Below are positions 9,102 to 18,860 of a stretch of 64,000 bases of DNA, piece after piece (the first letter of the stretch is position 1; the number at the start of each line of letters is the position of its first letter). Where the stretch lies: the NCBI GenBank assembly GCA_963798085.1, contig CAWCRS010000008.1:59058-123057 (forward strand), given 5' to 3'. Source of the DNA: an uncultured Gemmatimonadales bacterium. Its GTDB lineage: Bacteria > Gemmatimonadota > Gemmatimonadetes > Longimicrobiales > RSA9. A program made the position numbers and the translations under genes. The notes under the pieces were generated by a model that was given only the letters and a program-made list of their open reading frames with translations, was not told where the DNA came from and did not search any database.

Positions 9102-10092
9102 GAAGTTCACGACACTCGGCAGCAGCGGACTCTCCGTATCGCGGCTCTGCCTGGGCTGCATGACCTATGGCACACCCGAATGGCGAGCCTGGGTGCTGGA
9201 TGAGGCCAGCGCGCGACCGTTCTTCCGGCAGGCCGTGGAAGCGGGCATCAACTTCTTCGACACCGCCGACATGTACTCGCTCGGCGTTAGTGAGGAAGTC
9301 ACGGGCCGCGCGCTGCGCGATTTCGCGAACCGTGAAGAGATCGTGATCGCGACCAAGGTCAACTTCGCCATGTCGCGCGGTCCCAACATGGGTGGCCTCT
9401 CGCGCAAGCACGTGCTGCAGGCGTGCGAGGCAAGCCTGCGCCGTCTCGGCATCGAGACCATCGACCTGTATCAGATCCATCGCTTCGATCCGGCCGTGCC
9501 TATCGAGGAGACGCTCGAGGCGCTCAACGATCTCGTGCGCGGCGGCAAGGTGCGCTACATCGGCGCCAGCTCGGGTCCGGCCTGGCGCATGGCCCAGGCA
9601 CTTTCCACCGCGGAACGCAATGGCTGGGCGCGCTTCATCTCCATGCAGAATCACTACAACCTCGTGTACCGCGAAGAAGAGCGGGAAATGGTGCCGCTCT
9701 GCCTGCAGGCGGGTGTGGGCCTGATCCCGTGGAGTCCGCTGGCCCGCGGCATGCTGGCGCGGCCCCGGCCCGACGATTCGCAGGTGAAGAGCGGTGGCAC
9801 CACGCGCGCCGACAGCGACACCTACTCGCCCATGCTCTACGACAGCCCCGGCGACTGGGAGGTGGTGGATGCGGTGCAGCAGGTGGCCGCGAAACGCGGT
9901 GTTAGCATGGCCGAAGTCGCCCTGGCATGGCTGCTGGCCCGGCCCGGTGTGGTCGCTCCCATCATCGGCGCCTCCAGGCCCGGACACCTGGAGGCGGCGC
10001 TGGGCGCGCTCGACATCGAGCTGACCGCCGAAGAACGCAGCGCGCTCGAGGCGCCCTACCGGCCGCACGCCGTGAAGGGCCACACGTCGTAG
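9100..10092 (+). CDS. aldo/keto reductase
   Basis: Full-length AKR pattern: MKFTTLGSSGLSVSRLCLGCMTYG..IDLYQIHRFD..RYIGASS. Confidence 0.9.
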   Translation: MKFTTLGSSGLSVSRLCLGCMTYGTPEWRAWVLDEASARPFFRQAVEAGINFFDTADMYSLGVSEEVTGRALRDFANREEIVIATKVNFAMSRGPNMGGLSRKHVLQACEASLRRLGIETIDLYQIHRFDPAVPIEETLEALNDLVRGGKVRYIGASSGPAWRMAQALSTAERNGWARFISMQNHYNLVYREEEREMVPLCLQAGVGLIPWSPLARGMLARPRPDDSQVKSGGTTRADSDTYSPMLYDSPGDWEVVDAVQQVAAKRGVSMAEVALAWLLARPGVVAPIIGASRPGHLEAALGALDIELTAEERSALEAPYRPHAVKGHTS

Positions 10093-10150
10093 CGCAGCGC
10101 CTTCGAGGCGCAGCTCACGTGCGGACGGCGGCGGCCGGCCGCGCCGCCGC

Positions 10151-12245
10151 TCAGGTGCTCGGCTTGAGCCAGCGCTCGAACCAGTGCAGCTCGTGCAGCA
10201 TGCGGTGCACGTTGTTCCAGTTGCCGCGGATGCCGTGCGGCTGGCCCGCGTACTGGATCATTTCCGCCGGCACGCCGTTCTTCTTGAGCGCCGTGTACAT
10301 CTGTTCGCCCTCCTCGTACGGCACGCGCTGATCCACTTCGCCGTGAATGAAGAGCGTGGGCGTGCGCACGCGCCCCGCATACGTCAGCGGCGACTGCCGG
10401 ATCATGACGGCTCTGGCCCGCTCATCCCAGGGGTGGCCGTAGAATTCCGTCTCCTTGGTGCGCGCGATGTCGGCGGTGCCGTAATCGCTCAGCCAGTTGG
10501 TAATGCCCGCCCCCGTGATCGCGGCCGCGAAGCGATCCGGATACTGCGTGATCAGCCAGTTGCTCATGAAGCCGCCGTACGAGTGGCCGATGTGGCCCAC
10601 GCGATGGGCATCGACCGGGTAGCTGGCAATGACGTAGTCAATGCCGGCGATCACGTCCTCGCCGTCCTTGTCGCCCCAGGCCCCCCATGTGGCCCAGAGA
10701 AAATCATCGCCGTACCCGGTCGAGCTGCGGAAGTTGGTCTGCAGCACGAAATAGCCGTGCGCCGCGAAGTAGTGCAGCTTGAAGTCGAAGTCATAGCCCG
10801 AGGCCGCATGGGGCCCGCCGTGGCTGCTGACGATCGAGCGGATACGGCCCGCCGTCCGGCCGGTAGCCGTACGGAAACAGCAGGAAGCCCTCGATGGGCG
10901 TGCCGTCGCGGCTCTGATAACGAACTGTTTGAGCCCGGCTCAGCCGCACCTCGGCGAGGAAGGGATCGTGCACGTGCGTGACCTGGTGCTCGCCCGTGCC
11001 GTCGATGTTCGACACGCGGATTTCCGCGGGCGCATCGAGCAGGCCGACGGTGTAGGCCATGTGCTGCAGCGAGCGATCGAAGCTGATGCCGCCCAGGCGC
11101 CGCTCGCCTTTCGTCACCTGCTGCACTTCGCCGCCGCTGCCGGCCACGCGAAACAGGTGCCGTCCACCGCCCGTCTCCGCCGTGAAGTAGATCCAGCGCC
11201 CATCCGGGCTCCACGTGGGCGCGCCCGCCTGCAGCTTCCACTGCGCCGTCAGATTGACGGCCGCTCCGCCCGTGGCAGGCATCACGTACAGGTCGGTGGG
11301 CCCGCCGTTGTCCAGCTTGTTGCGAATGATGTAATCGCTGCCCCAGCTGCGCACGAAGGCGATGTTCCTGCCATCGGGTGAGAAGCGCGGACTGCGGTTG
11401 TCGATGCCATAATCGTCTGTCAGGCGGGTGAGCGTTCCCGTAGTCGTGACCTGCCAGACATCGCTCTGCCCGTAGCGGCTCTCATCGCGGTAGGACGAGT
11501 CGGCCGTGAATACCAGCGAGCGCCCGTCCGGCGACCATGAAACGTCGCGCGGCTGCAGGCCCAGCCGCGTCAGCGGCCTGGCATCGCCACCAGCCGCTGG
11601 CTCCAGCACGATCTCGCTCGCCGGATTGGCCACGGGATCCCGCGGATCCGGCACGGGGAAGGGACCACCGTCGCGCTGAAACCCGAGCCAGTCGAACGTC
11701 ACACCCTTGAAGCGCTCCTCATGGCGCTGTTCGAACTCGCTCATGGCCGCCGGCTCCGGCCGTTGCGCGCGCGTTGCCCGCACGATCGCGCGCCACTGCC
11801 CGTCCGGACTCAGCTCGCCCGACTCCCGCGCCGGCGCCGCCTCGGGCGAGGCGTCCCGGTGCGCCGGGTCGATGACGAATGCCGCCGGTCCCACCACGTA
11901 GCGCAGTCGCCCATCCGCCAGCCACGCAGGCGACGACGCATTCTCCGCCGCGCGACTGACTCGCCAGGCCGGCGTGGCGCCATCCGCCGCCACCAGCCAC
12001 ACGCCCGACGCATCGCTGTTCGTTTCCTCGACATGCTGCGTCACCGTGAACGCAACCCACCGCCCGTCCGGCGACAACTGCGGCGAGCCCACCGTTTTCA
12101 TGCGATAGTAGTCCTCGATCGCGAGCGCTCGGCCGCGCGCAGCCTGCTGTGCGTGCAGAGGCGGCGCAAAGCCCGCCGCCAGCCCCCACACCATCGACGC
12201 GCCCGCCAGAATCCCACGAGTACCACGCATGAAAGCAAACACCAA
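10151..12245 (-). CDS. S9 prolyl-oligopeptidase-family serine peptidase (beta-propeller + alpha/beta hydrolase); split by an apparent frameshift near 10835
   Basis: The N-terminal ORF (10791..12245) has a signal peptide and TolB-like SPDGR repeats. The C-terminal ORF (10151..10747) has GHSYGG (GxSxGG). The junction reads ..GGPYPL | IVSSHGGPHAASGYDFDFKLHYFAAHGYFVLQTNFR across two frames. Confidence 0.85.
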
Positions 12246-12421
12246 ACCCTCCCAGCTCCCTGTTCATTCGCACAGCATGGTCCCCAGTCTAGACCCCCTC
12301 GCCCACCCAAGCCAGCAATCCCGCCAAAGGAACGGCGCCCATCCCCCCGCGCACGCCCATCCGGCCCCCCGATCCTCTCCCTTCTCTCCGACAACCTCTG
12401 TGTGAAAACATCCGTTCGCCT

Positions 12422-12472
12422 GGAACCACCCCCGCGCCAGAGTAGCCGCACCGGAACACCCCCGCGTCAGAG
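12422..12472 (+). promoter_or_regulatory. direct repeats upstream of the LytS-like kinase/LytTR operon
   Basis: GGAACCACCCCCGCGCCAGAG (12422-12442) and GGAACACCCCCGCGTCAGAG (12453-12472). The core CACCCC(C)GC resembles the repeat pair at 6703-6788. Confidence 0.25.
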
Positions 12473-12649
12473 GAACCGCCCACACAGCCGAGGTCCCCGG
12501 CGCTGCCCCCGACACCCTCCGCAGCCCCACCGGAAGCCTCAACACCAGACCCACTCAGCCCTCGCCCCGGCCCGCTCGCACCGCCCCAGCGTACTGCGCA
12601 GTCCAGCGCGATTGCCTCGTCGCAGGCCACCCGATTACGCTCAACCCGA

Positions 12650-13738
12650 ATGACGCGTCATCGCGTGCTCCACTCGATACCGCTCCGGCTGCGGCCGCTG
12701 CTCCTCACATGGACCGCGGTCGCGGTCTTCTTTGCACTGCAGAACGCGATCGGGGGAATCGCGCGCGGCCGCGGCATCGACTGGCAGTGGGATGTGATTC
12801 ACGAGCTGATCTACTGGGGCCTCTGGGGTCTCGCGACACCCCTGATCGCGCGCCAGGCCGCCAGGTACTGGCTCGAGCCGGGGAGCGGCATCGGGCCCTG
12901 GCTCGCGCACGCGCTGTCCGCCGCGCTGCTCTCGCCCGCGCAGGTGTTCTGCACGTACGTACTCACGGGACTCGTGCGCGCCGCGACTACGCCACTGACA
13001 CTGCGTGATGTGCCCGCGTGGGTCGCGGGGCTGCGCATGCCGGCAGCGATCATCGCCATCACCGGTTTCATCTACTACTGGATGATCCTCGCCGCGCTCT
13101 ACGCGGTGGCGTATCGCTGGCTCTACCAGGCGCAGCGCCGCCAGACGGCGCGCGCGCAGCTGGACGCGTTGCGCGCGCAGCTGCACCCGCATTTCCTGTT
13201 CAATGCACTCAATTCGATTTCCGTGCTGACCGAGGAAGACCCGGCGCGCGCCAATCGCATGCTCATCCGTCTGAGCGACCTGCTGCGTACCGTGCTGCGC
13301 CGCAACGATGATCACGAGGTGCCGCTCGAGGAGGAGCTGGCGTTCCTGCGCAGTTATCTCGAGATCCAGCGGCTGCGGTTCGAGGAGCGCCTGACTGTGA
13401 ACATTGATGTAGACGACGAGGCTCGTACCGCCTTCGTGCCCGTGATGGTGCTGCAGCCGCTCGTCGAGAATGCCGTGCGCTACGCGGTGGAGCCGCAGCG
13501 CGAAGGCGGGCGGGTGAGTGTGCGTGCCCGTCGTGTCGCGGAGCAGCTGCTTCTCGAGGTGTGCGACGATGGCCCGGGTCTGGGTTCGGAGCGCGAACAC
13601 CACAGCGGCATTGGCCTGGCCAACACGCGCGCACGGCTCGAGGGGCTGTATGGCGCCGCGCAGGAGCTGCGGCTCGAGGCCGCCAAGGGTGGCGGCCTGG
13701 CGGTGCGCATCCGCATTCCCTGGCGCACGAAGGCGTGA
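12650..13738 (+). CDS. sensor histidine kinase, LytS/YehU-like (membrane domain + His_kinase + HATPase_c)
   Basis: N-terminal TM helices, the LHPHFLFNALNSI phosphoacceptor motif, and ATPase motifs VENAVRYA, DDGPGL and GIGLAN. Confidence 0.85.
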   Translation: MTRHRVLHSIPLRLRPLLLTWTAVAVFFALQNAIGGIARGRGIDWQWDVIHELIYWGLWGLATPLIARQAARYWLEPGSGIGPWLAHALSAALLSPAQVFCTYVLTGLVRAATTPLTLRDVPAWVAGLRMPAAIIAITGFIYYWMILAALYAVAYRWLYQAQRRQTARAQLDALRAQLHPHFLFNALNSISVLTEEDPARANRMLIRLSDLLRTVLRRNDDHEVPLEEELAFLRSYLEIQRLRFEERLTVNIDVDDEARTAFVPVMVLQPLVENAVRYAVEPQREGGRVSVRARRVAEQLLLEVCDDGPGLGSEREHHSGIGLANTRARLEGLYGAAQELRLEAAKGGGLAVRIRIPWRTKA

Positions 13739-13741
13739 GCG

Positions 13742-14521
13742 ATGCGCGTGCTCATTGTCGATGACGAGCGGCTGGCCAGGGCCGGCATCCGGCAGCACCT
13801 GCGGCGCATGCCCGATGTACAGGTGGTCGCGGAATGTGCGAGTGGCGACGAAGCCGTGCGCGCCATCGACGAGCATCATCCGGACCTGGTGTTCCTCGAC
13901 GTGCAGATGCCAGGGCTGGATGGCTTCCAGGTCATCGAGCGCGTGGGCGTGGATCGCATGCCGGCCGTGATCTTCGTCACCGCGTGGGATGACTATGCCG
14001 TGCGCGCCTTCGAAGCCGATGCGGTGGACTACCTGCTGAAGCCATTCGATGACGAGCGTTTTCGCGATGCCTTCGCGCGCGCATCGCGGCGCATCGAGCT
14101 GGAGCAGTCGGGCCGGCTGTCGGCCCGGCTGGAGTCGCTGCTGGAGCGACTCGAGCGCCCCCTCATTGCCGACACCAGTCACAACGCCGACCGCATTCCC
14201 GTGACGCGTGGCGGTCGCATCGTGTTCCTCTCGCCTGCGGACATCGAATGGATCGAGGCCGCCGGCAACTATGCCCGCCTGCATGTGCGCAATGAGACGC
14301 ACCTTGTGCGCAACAGCCTGGAAACCATGGAGCGGCGACTGGCGCCGCGTTTCCTGCGCGTGCGCCGCTCCGCGCTCGTGAACCGCGAAGCCATCGAATC
14401 GGTCGAGCCGTACGCGAAGGGCAGCTGGCTGCTCCGCCTGCGCGCCGGCGCGGCCGTGCGCACCAGTCGCCACTACCGTGCGAATATCGCGCCACTGCTG
14501 GGCGGCCGCGGTTCCGCCTGA
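13742..14521 (+). CDS. LytR/AlgR-family response regulator (REC + LytTR)
   Basis: MRVLIVDDERLAR..VFLDVQMPGLDG..DYLLKPF, then a LytTR domain (IEWIEAAGNYARLH..FLRVRRSALVN). Starts 4 bp after the kinase stop. Confidence 0.9.
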   Translation: MRVLIVDDERLARAGIRQHLRRMPDVQVVAECASGDEAVRAIDEHHPDLVFLDVQMPGLDGFQVIERVGVDRMPAVIFVTAWDDYAVRAFEADAVDYLLKPFDDERFRDAFARASRRIELEQSGRLSARLESLLERLERPLIADTSHNADRIPVTRGGRIVFLSPADIEWIEAAGNYARLHVRNETHLVRNSLETMERRLAPRFLRVRRSALVNREAIESVEPYAKGSWLLRLRAGAAVRTSRHYRANIAPLLGGRGSA

Positions 14522-14642
14522 GCGCGGTTGCACGAGCAGAGGAACGTCCCGGCCTCGCACCGGCACCACTCGCACCGCGCGCATTTGCCGCTACCGGACC
14601 CGACTGTTAGGCTGCGCCGTCCAATAACGAACGGAGGGTGCA

Positions 14643-15128
14643 ATGCGACGTGTCGCACACATTCTGCCCGCGGCCCTGGCCACACTGCTCCTTGCCGGCG
14701 TCCATCCGGCCAGCGCCCAGAGCGCCGCGGATTCCGCTGCCATTCGCGCGACTGCGCTCGATTACATCGAGGGCTTCTTCACCGGTGATGCCACCCGCAT
14801 GGAGCACGCGCTGCATCCGCACCTGGCCAAGCGGCAGGTCATGACGAGCCCGCAGGGCTGGAGCAATCTGGGCGACATGACCGCACTGGACCTGATCCAG
14901 GCCACGGCGAGGGGCGGCGGCAAGAACATTCCCGCGAACCAGAAGAAGACCGACGTCACCATCCTCGACATCTTCCAGAACATTGCCATGGCGAAGATCG
15001 ATGCCGGCGTATGGATGGACTATCTGCAGCTCGTGAAGTGGAACGGGAAGTGGGTGATCATGAACGTGGTGTGGGATCCGCGCGCTCGCGGCGATGGCCC
15101 GGCGCCAGCCGGCCGCGAGCAGCCGTAG
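14643..15128 (+). CDS. secreted NTF2-fold protein (putative lumazine-binding/SnoaL-like family)
   Basis: Signal peptide MRRVAHILPAALATLLLAGVHPASA, then AIRATALDYIEGFFTGDATRMEHALHP. GGAGGG RBS upstream. Confidence 0.55.
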   Translation: MRRVAHILPAALATLLLAGVHPASAQSAADSAAIRATALDYIEGFFTGDATRMEHALHPHLAKRQVMTSPQGWSNLGDMTALDLIQATARGGGKNIPANQKKTDVTILDIFQNIAMAKIDAGVWMDYLQLVKWNGKWVIMNVVWDPRARGDGPAPAGREQP

Positions 15129-15348
15129 TCGAGCCTCCCCGCAGTCGTATCGTCGAACAGCGGCCGGACGCGAGCGGGGCGGTCGAACCGGATCCCCCGC
15201 CCGCGCCGCCGCCGCGCACGCTGCGTTACATTGCTGCATGGCGACGCGTTTCACCACGGCGGTTGCCGACACGACCGCCGAGCCCCAAGTTGCGTTGTTC
15301 TGGCCATGAGCATGGGCGACGGTACGGAGATACCTCAAATAGACAGGC

Positions 15349-17232
15349 ATGACCGCTGACGGGGACCCGGCGCGACCGCCGGTTCCGGTCGCGCCTTCGC
15401 TGACTTACGAGCTTCACAACATCGCGCCGGCGCAACGGCAGCCGCTCGAAGACCTCGGACGGCTGGTCCGCATGTCGCTGTTCGCGGTCGGCGTTGCGTT
15501 CCTCGCCGGCATTGCCGCGCAGCTCCTCATCGCGTTGATCGGCTTCATCACCAACCTGGCGTTCTACGGCCGGTTCTCCTTCGAATTCGTTTCGCCCGCC
15601 AACAACCATCTGGGACTCGGCGTGCTCGTCGTGCCGGTGATCGGCGGGCTGATTGTCGGCGCCATGGCCAGGTTCGGCTCCACCGCGATCCGCGGGCACG
15701 GCATCCCCGAAGCCATGGAGCAGGTGCTCATCAACGAGAGCCGCATCCCGGCAAGGGTCAGCATTCTCAAGCCGGTGAGCGCGGCCATTTCGATCGGCAC
15801 GGGTGGGCCCTTTGGAGCGGAGGGCCCGATCATCGCGACCGGCGGTGCGCTCGGCTCGCTCTGTGGTCAGCTGCTGCGCACTACCGCGGACGAACGCAAG
15901 GTGCTGCTCGCCGCAGGCGCGGCCGCGGGCATGACCGCCACGTTCGGCAGTCCGGTGGCGGCGGTACTGCTGGCGGTCGAGCTGCTGCTGTTCGAGTACC
16001 GCGCTCGCTCGCTCATTCCGGTTTCGCTCGCGTCCGCCACAGCGACGGGCGTGCGCATCGCGTTCCAGGGTTCCGCGCCCGTCTTCCCCATGCCGTCCGT
16101 GCCCGCACCCGGCGGCGAAGCGCTTGTCGCCTACATTCTGCTGGGCGCGCTCAGCGGCCTGGTCGCCGCCGGCATAACACGCTCGTTATACGGCGTCGAA
16201 GACCTGTTCGAGCGCTCGCGCATTCACTGGATGTGGTGGCCCGCACTGGGCGCGCTGGCCGTGGGTCTCATCGGCTGGTTCTCGCCACACACGCTGGGCG
16301 TGGGCTACGACAACATCCAGGACGTGCTGGGCGGCACCATCGTGATTCACACGCTGATTGCGCTTGTCGTGCTGAAATTCGTGTCCTGGGCCATCGCGCT
16401 GGGCAGCGGCACCTCGGGCGGGACACTCGCGCCCATATTCACCATCGGCGGCGGCTTCGGCGCCATCATCGGTACGATCGTGGCGCGCATCGATCCTTCG
16501 CTCGGCATCGACCCGCACGTGGCCGCGCTCGTGGGCATGGCTGCCGTTTTCGCCGGTGCATCGCATGCGCTGCTCGCGTCCGTGGTGTTTGCATTCGAGA
16601 CCACACGCCAGGCCATGAGTCTGCTGCCGCTGCTGGGCGGCTGCAGCGCGGCCTACCTGGTGGCGCTCGGCATCACGCGCACTTCCATCATGACCGAACG
16701 CCTCGCGCGCCGAGGCCACGTGGTCAGCCCGGATTACGCCATGGACACACTCGCGCTGGTTACGGCGACCGCACTGATGACCCCGAAGCCGGTGACCCTG
16801 CGTGCCAGTGATTTCGTCGAGGATGTGCGCGACGGCATGGCCTCCGGCAAGCCGGAATTCCAGCACCAGGGCTATCCGGTGACCAATGACGATGGCCGCC
16901 TCGTCGGTGTTGTCACGCGCCGCGACCTGCTGCAGCTGGATCTCTCGTACACGGCCACGGTCGGCGACCTGATCAAGCGGCCGCCCGTCGTCGTCTTCGC
17001 TGATGCCAGCGGCCGCGAAGCCGCCGATCACATGGTGCGCGAAGGCGTGGGTCGTCTGCCTGTCGTTGGCCGTGAGGATCCATCCCGCGTGCTGGGCCTG
17101 CTCACACGTACGGACCTTCTTTCCGCCGACGAAAACCGGCTCGAAGCCCTCGACCGCTCCGAACGCTCCCTCGATTTCCGCCTGCGCATGATCCGCCAGA
17201 CCGCCACCGGCCATTCGGAAACACCGCCCTGA
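15349..17232 (+). CDS. ClC-family chloride channel/antiporter with a C-terminal CBS pair
   Basis: Motifs GHGIPE and GGPFGAEGP, many TM helices, and two C-terminal CBS-like segments (VGVVTRRDLL, VLGLLTRTDLL). Confidence 0.9.
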   Translation: MTADGDPARPPVPVAPSLTYELHNIAPAQRQPLEDLGRLVRMSLFAVGVAFLAGIAAQLLIALIGFITNLAFYGRFSFEFVSPANNHLGLGVLVVPVIGGLIVGAMARFGSTAIRGHGIPEAMEQVLINESRIPARVSILKPVSAAISIGTGGPFGAEGPIIATGGALGSLCGQLLRTTADERKVLLAAGAAAGMTATFGSPVAAVLLAVELLLFEYRARSLIPVSLASATATGVRIAFQGSAPVFPMPSVPAPGGEALVAYILLGALSGLVAAGITRSLYGVEDLFERSRIHWMWWPALGALAVGLIGWFSPHTLGVGYDNIQDVLGGTIVIHTLIALVVLKFVSWAIALGSGTSGGTLAPIFTIGGGFGAIIGTIVARIDPSLGIDPHVAALVGMAAVFAGASHALLASVVFAFETTRQAMSLLPLLGGCSAAYLVALGITRTSIMTERLARRGHVVSPDYAMDTLALVTATALMTPKPVTLRASDFVEDVRDGMASGKPEFQHQGYPVTNDDGRLVGVVTRRDLLQLDLSYTATVGDLIKRPPVVVFADASGREAADHMVREGVGRLPVVGREDPSRVLGLLTRTDLLSADENRLEALDRSERSLDFRLRMIRQTATGHSETPP

Positions 17233-17247
17233 ACAGAAACGGCGTAG

Positions 17248-17343
17248 CCGGGGCTGGTTGCCCGGGAACTTCCTGACAGATTGTTAGAACGCCCCGACGC
17301 TCCCATTTCCAGCCCCAGCACGAGCCCGAGCCCGAGCCCGAGC
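17248..17343. repeat. short inverted GGGGCTGG/CCAGCCCC pair plus a (CGAGCC)x3-4 hexamer run
   Basis: GCCGGGGCTGGTTGCCCGGG at 17248-17267 faces CCAGCCCCAGCACGAGCCCGAGCCCGAGCCCGAG at 17309-17342. It shares the GCTGGGGCTGG core with the repeats at 40193-40460 and 62730-62888. Confidence 0.4.
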
Positions 17344-18308
17344 TACTGGTACAGTATGAAGAGTGGCGGCGGTTTGAGCGCCAGCACTTCCGCGGGGGTC
17401 ATGAGCGGGCGGTCCTGCTGGTAGAACAGCTTGAAGCCCGTGTACTGCACCGGCCTGCCGCCCACGACCGCGCGGTAGGCGCCGCGCTTGAGCCCGGGCG
17501 GGCCGAAGCCGTCCATGTCGATCACCACCTGCACGCGCGGGTCGAGCCGGATGCTGTCGCTGCCTGTCAGCATCTTCTCGGTGAAGCGGTGCACGACCAG
17601 GATGCGCGGCGGCAGGTCATAACGCTGCATTACACGGATCAGCGTATCAATGGCGACGTTCACTTCGCGGGCATCGAGGGAGCCGATCACGCAGCCCGGC
17701 ACGGTGGTGCTGTCCATGGCGAATTCCGGATCGAGCGCCAGGTGCACCCACGGCCGGCTCAGGTACTTCGTCAGCGAGCCGACTTCCTCGGCCACAGTGC
17801 TGCGGCCCACCTGCACGTCGAGGAACAGCAGTTCATCGTGCTGCTCTGCCCAGTCCGAGATACGCTCAATGAGTGTGTCGGGCGCGCGCAGCCGGTACTT
17901 CGCGCTCGCGCCCGGGATACTCTGCGCCACAATGGTTACGAGGTGCAGTGCGGGCAGAACCGGCAGCGTGCTGTCGGCCAGCGCCCACGCACGAACCTGC
18001 CCGTCGAGGTGGTGCTGCATGGAATCGAGCGGCAGCGCTCCCAGGATGCCCATGCGCGCGGAGGAGGGATTGCCGTAATAGGCGACAATGCGATGCGCGG
18101 GCAGCAGCGCCGCTTTCGCGTGCTTCGGCTGCTGCAGCGGCACGGCAGGCAGTGGCAGTGGCGGCCTCACGAGCGCACCGCCCTTGTGCAGCATGGTTGC
18201 TCGTCCGGCGAACACCAGTGTGAGGAGCGCGACGCTCAATGCCGTTCGCTGCGCAGCGCGCGCACCCGGCCATTTTCCCGCGCGATTCAGCCAACGCGGC
18301 CCTTCCAT
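17343..18308 (-). CDS. hypothetical secreted protein
   Basis: A 321-aa ORF with an N-terminal hydrophobic segment (ALSVALLTLVFAG) and coding-like composition. I did not recognise a family. Confidence 0.5.
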   Translation of the reverse strand: MEGPRWLNRAGKWPGARAAQRTALSVALLTLVFAGRATMLHKGGALVRPPLPLPAVPLQQPKHAKAALLPAHRIVAYYGNPSSARMGILGALPLDSMQHHLDGQVRAWALADSTLPVLPALHLVTIVAQSIPGASAKYRLRAPDTLIERISDWAEQHDELLFLDVQVGRSTVAEEVGSLTKYLSRPWVHLALDPEFAMDSTTVPGCVIGSLDAREVNVAIDTLIRVMQRYDLPPRILVVHRFTEKMLTGSDSIRLDPRVQVVIDMDGFGPPGLKRGAYRAVVGGRPVQYTGFKLFYQQDRPLMTPAEVLALKPPPLFILYQ

Positions 18309-18557
18309 GATGCACCTGCTTCCTGCAAGCTGCCCGTGTTACCTTACACCAGAGAGCGCAAGACGAATCCGGGACTTTTCGTCCGGCGAAGCGGCCACTC
18401 TGTCCACCAGAGGCAAGTATCGGCCACTCGCCTTTCCAGCATGGCAAGAAGCACGCGCGGTCGTTACGCGTCGCCCGCGCGGACTGGTCCGGCTCGTGCA
18501 TTGCCGGGTGCACGGAGCGCTGTCGCAGCACGGAATTCCCGGCTCCAGGAGGAGATC

Positions 18558-18860
18558 ATGGCTGAGGAGTGGACCAACACGGCGGGTGGTGACACACAGA
18601 CCGGGACGAAGCAGAGTCGCGCGGAAACCCATCGCGTGACCGGCGACCGCGTGATCGGCAAGGTCAAGGAGCTGATCCACGAGGGCAACGTCCGGCGCAT
18701 CGCCATCAAGAATGACGAAGGCCGCACGCTCATCGAGGTGCCGCTTACGGTCGGCGTTGTGGGCGCAGTGCTCGTGCCCGTGTGGGCGGCGATCGGTGCT
18801 ATTGCCGCGCTGGTTGCGAACTGCTCGATCGAGGTCGAGCGGGAAGCGCCGGAGGCTTGA
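18558..18860 (+). CDS. DUF4342-like small protein
   Basis: ATG at 18558 follows AGGAGGAG. KVKELIHEGNVRRIAIKNDEGRTLIEVPLTVGVVGAVLVPVWAAIGAIAALVANCSIEVER matches my memory of the DUF4342 pattern. Confidence 0.6.
   Translation: MAEEWTNTAGGDTQTGTKQSRAETHRVTGDRVIGKVKELIHEGNVRRIAIKNDEGRTLIEVPLTVGVVGAVLVPVWAAIGAIAALVANCSIEVEREAPEA

Noticed and set aside
10125-10150. GC-rich imperfect hairpin (GGCGGCGGCC/GGCCGCGCCGCC) between the convergent AKR and S9 peptidase genes as an intrinsic terminator.
   Set aside because: The stem has a bulge, there is essentially no loop, and no U-tract on either strand. That is not enough to call a terminator.
12641-14584. Very long antisense ORFs: 12641..14584 minus (647 aa), 59434..61830 plus (798 aa), 4143..5342 minus, 29236..30525 minus, 38053..39003 minus, 47709..48974 minus.
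   Set aside because: They lie opposite genes with clear family motifs, are Arg/Ala/Gly/His-rich with no recognisable domains, and are the expected stop-poor shadow frames of a ~70% GC genome.
15300-15348. Possible fluoride riboswitch upstream of the ClC gene (GGGCGACGGTAC... resembles the GGCGAUGG start of crcB motifs).
   Set aside because: The rest of the conserved core (the second pairing segment and the GAUGA..CCUAC region) is not present. The channel is a long CBS-containing ClC rather than the short ClC-F type usually controlled by that riboswitch.
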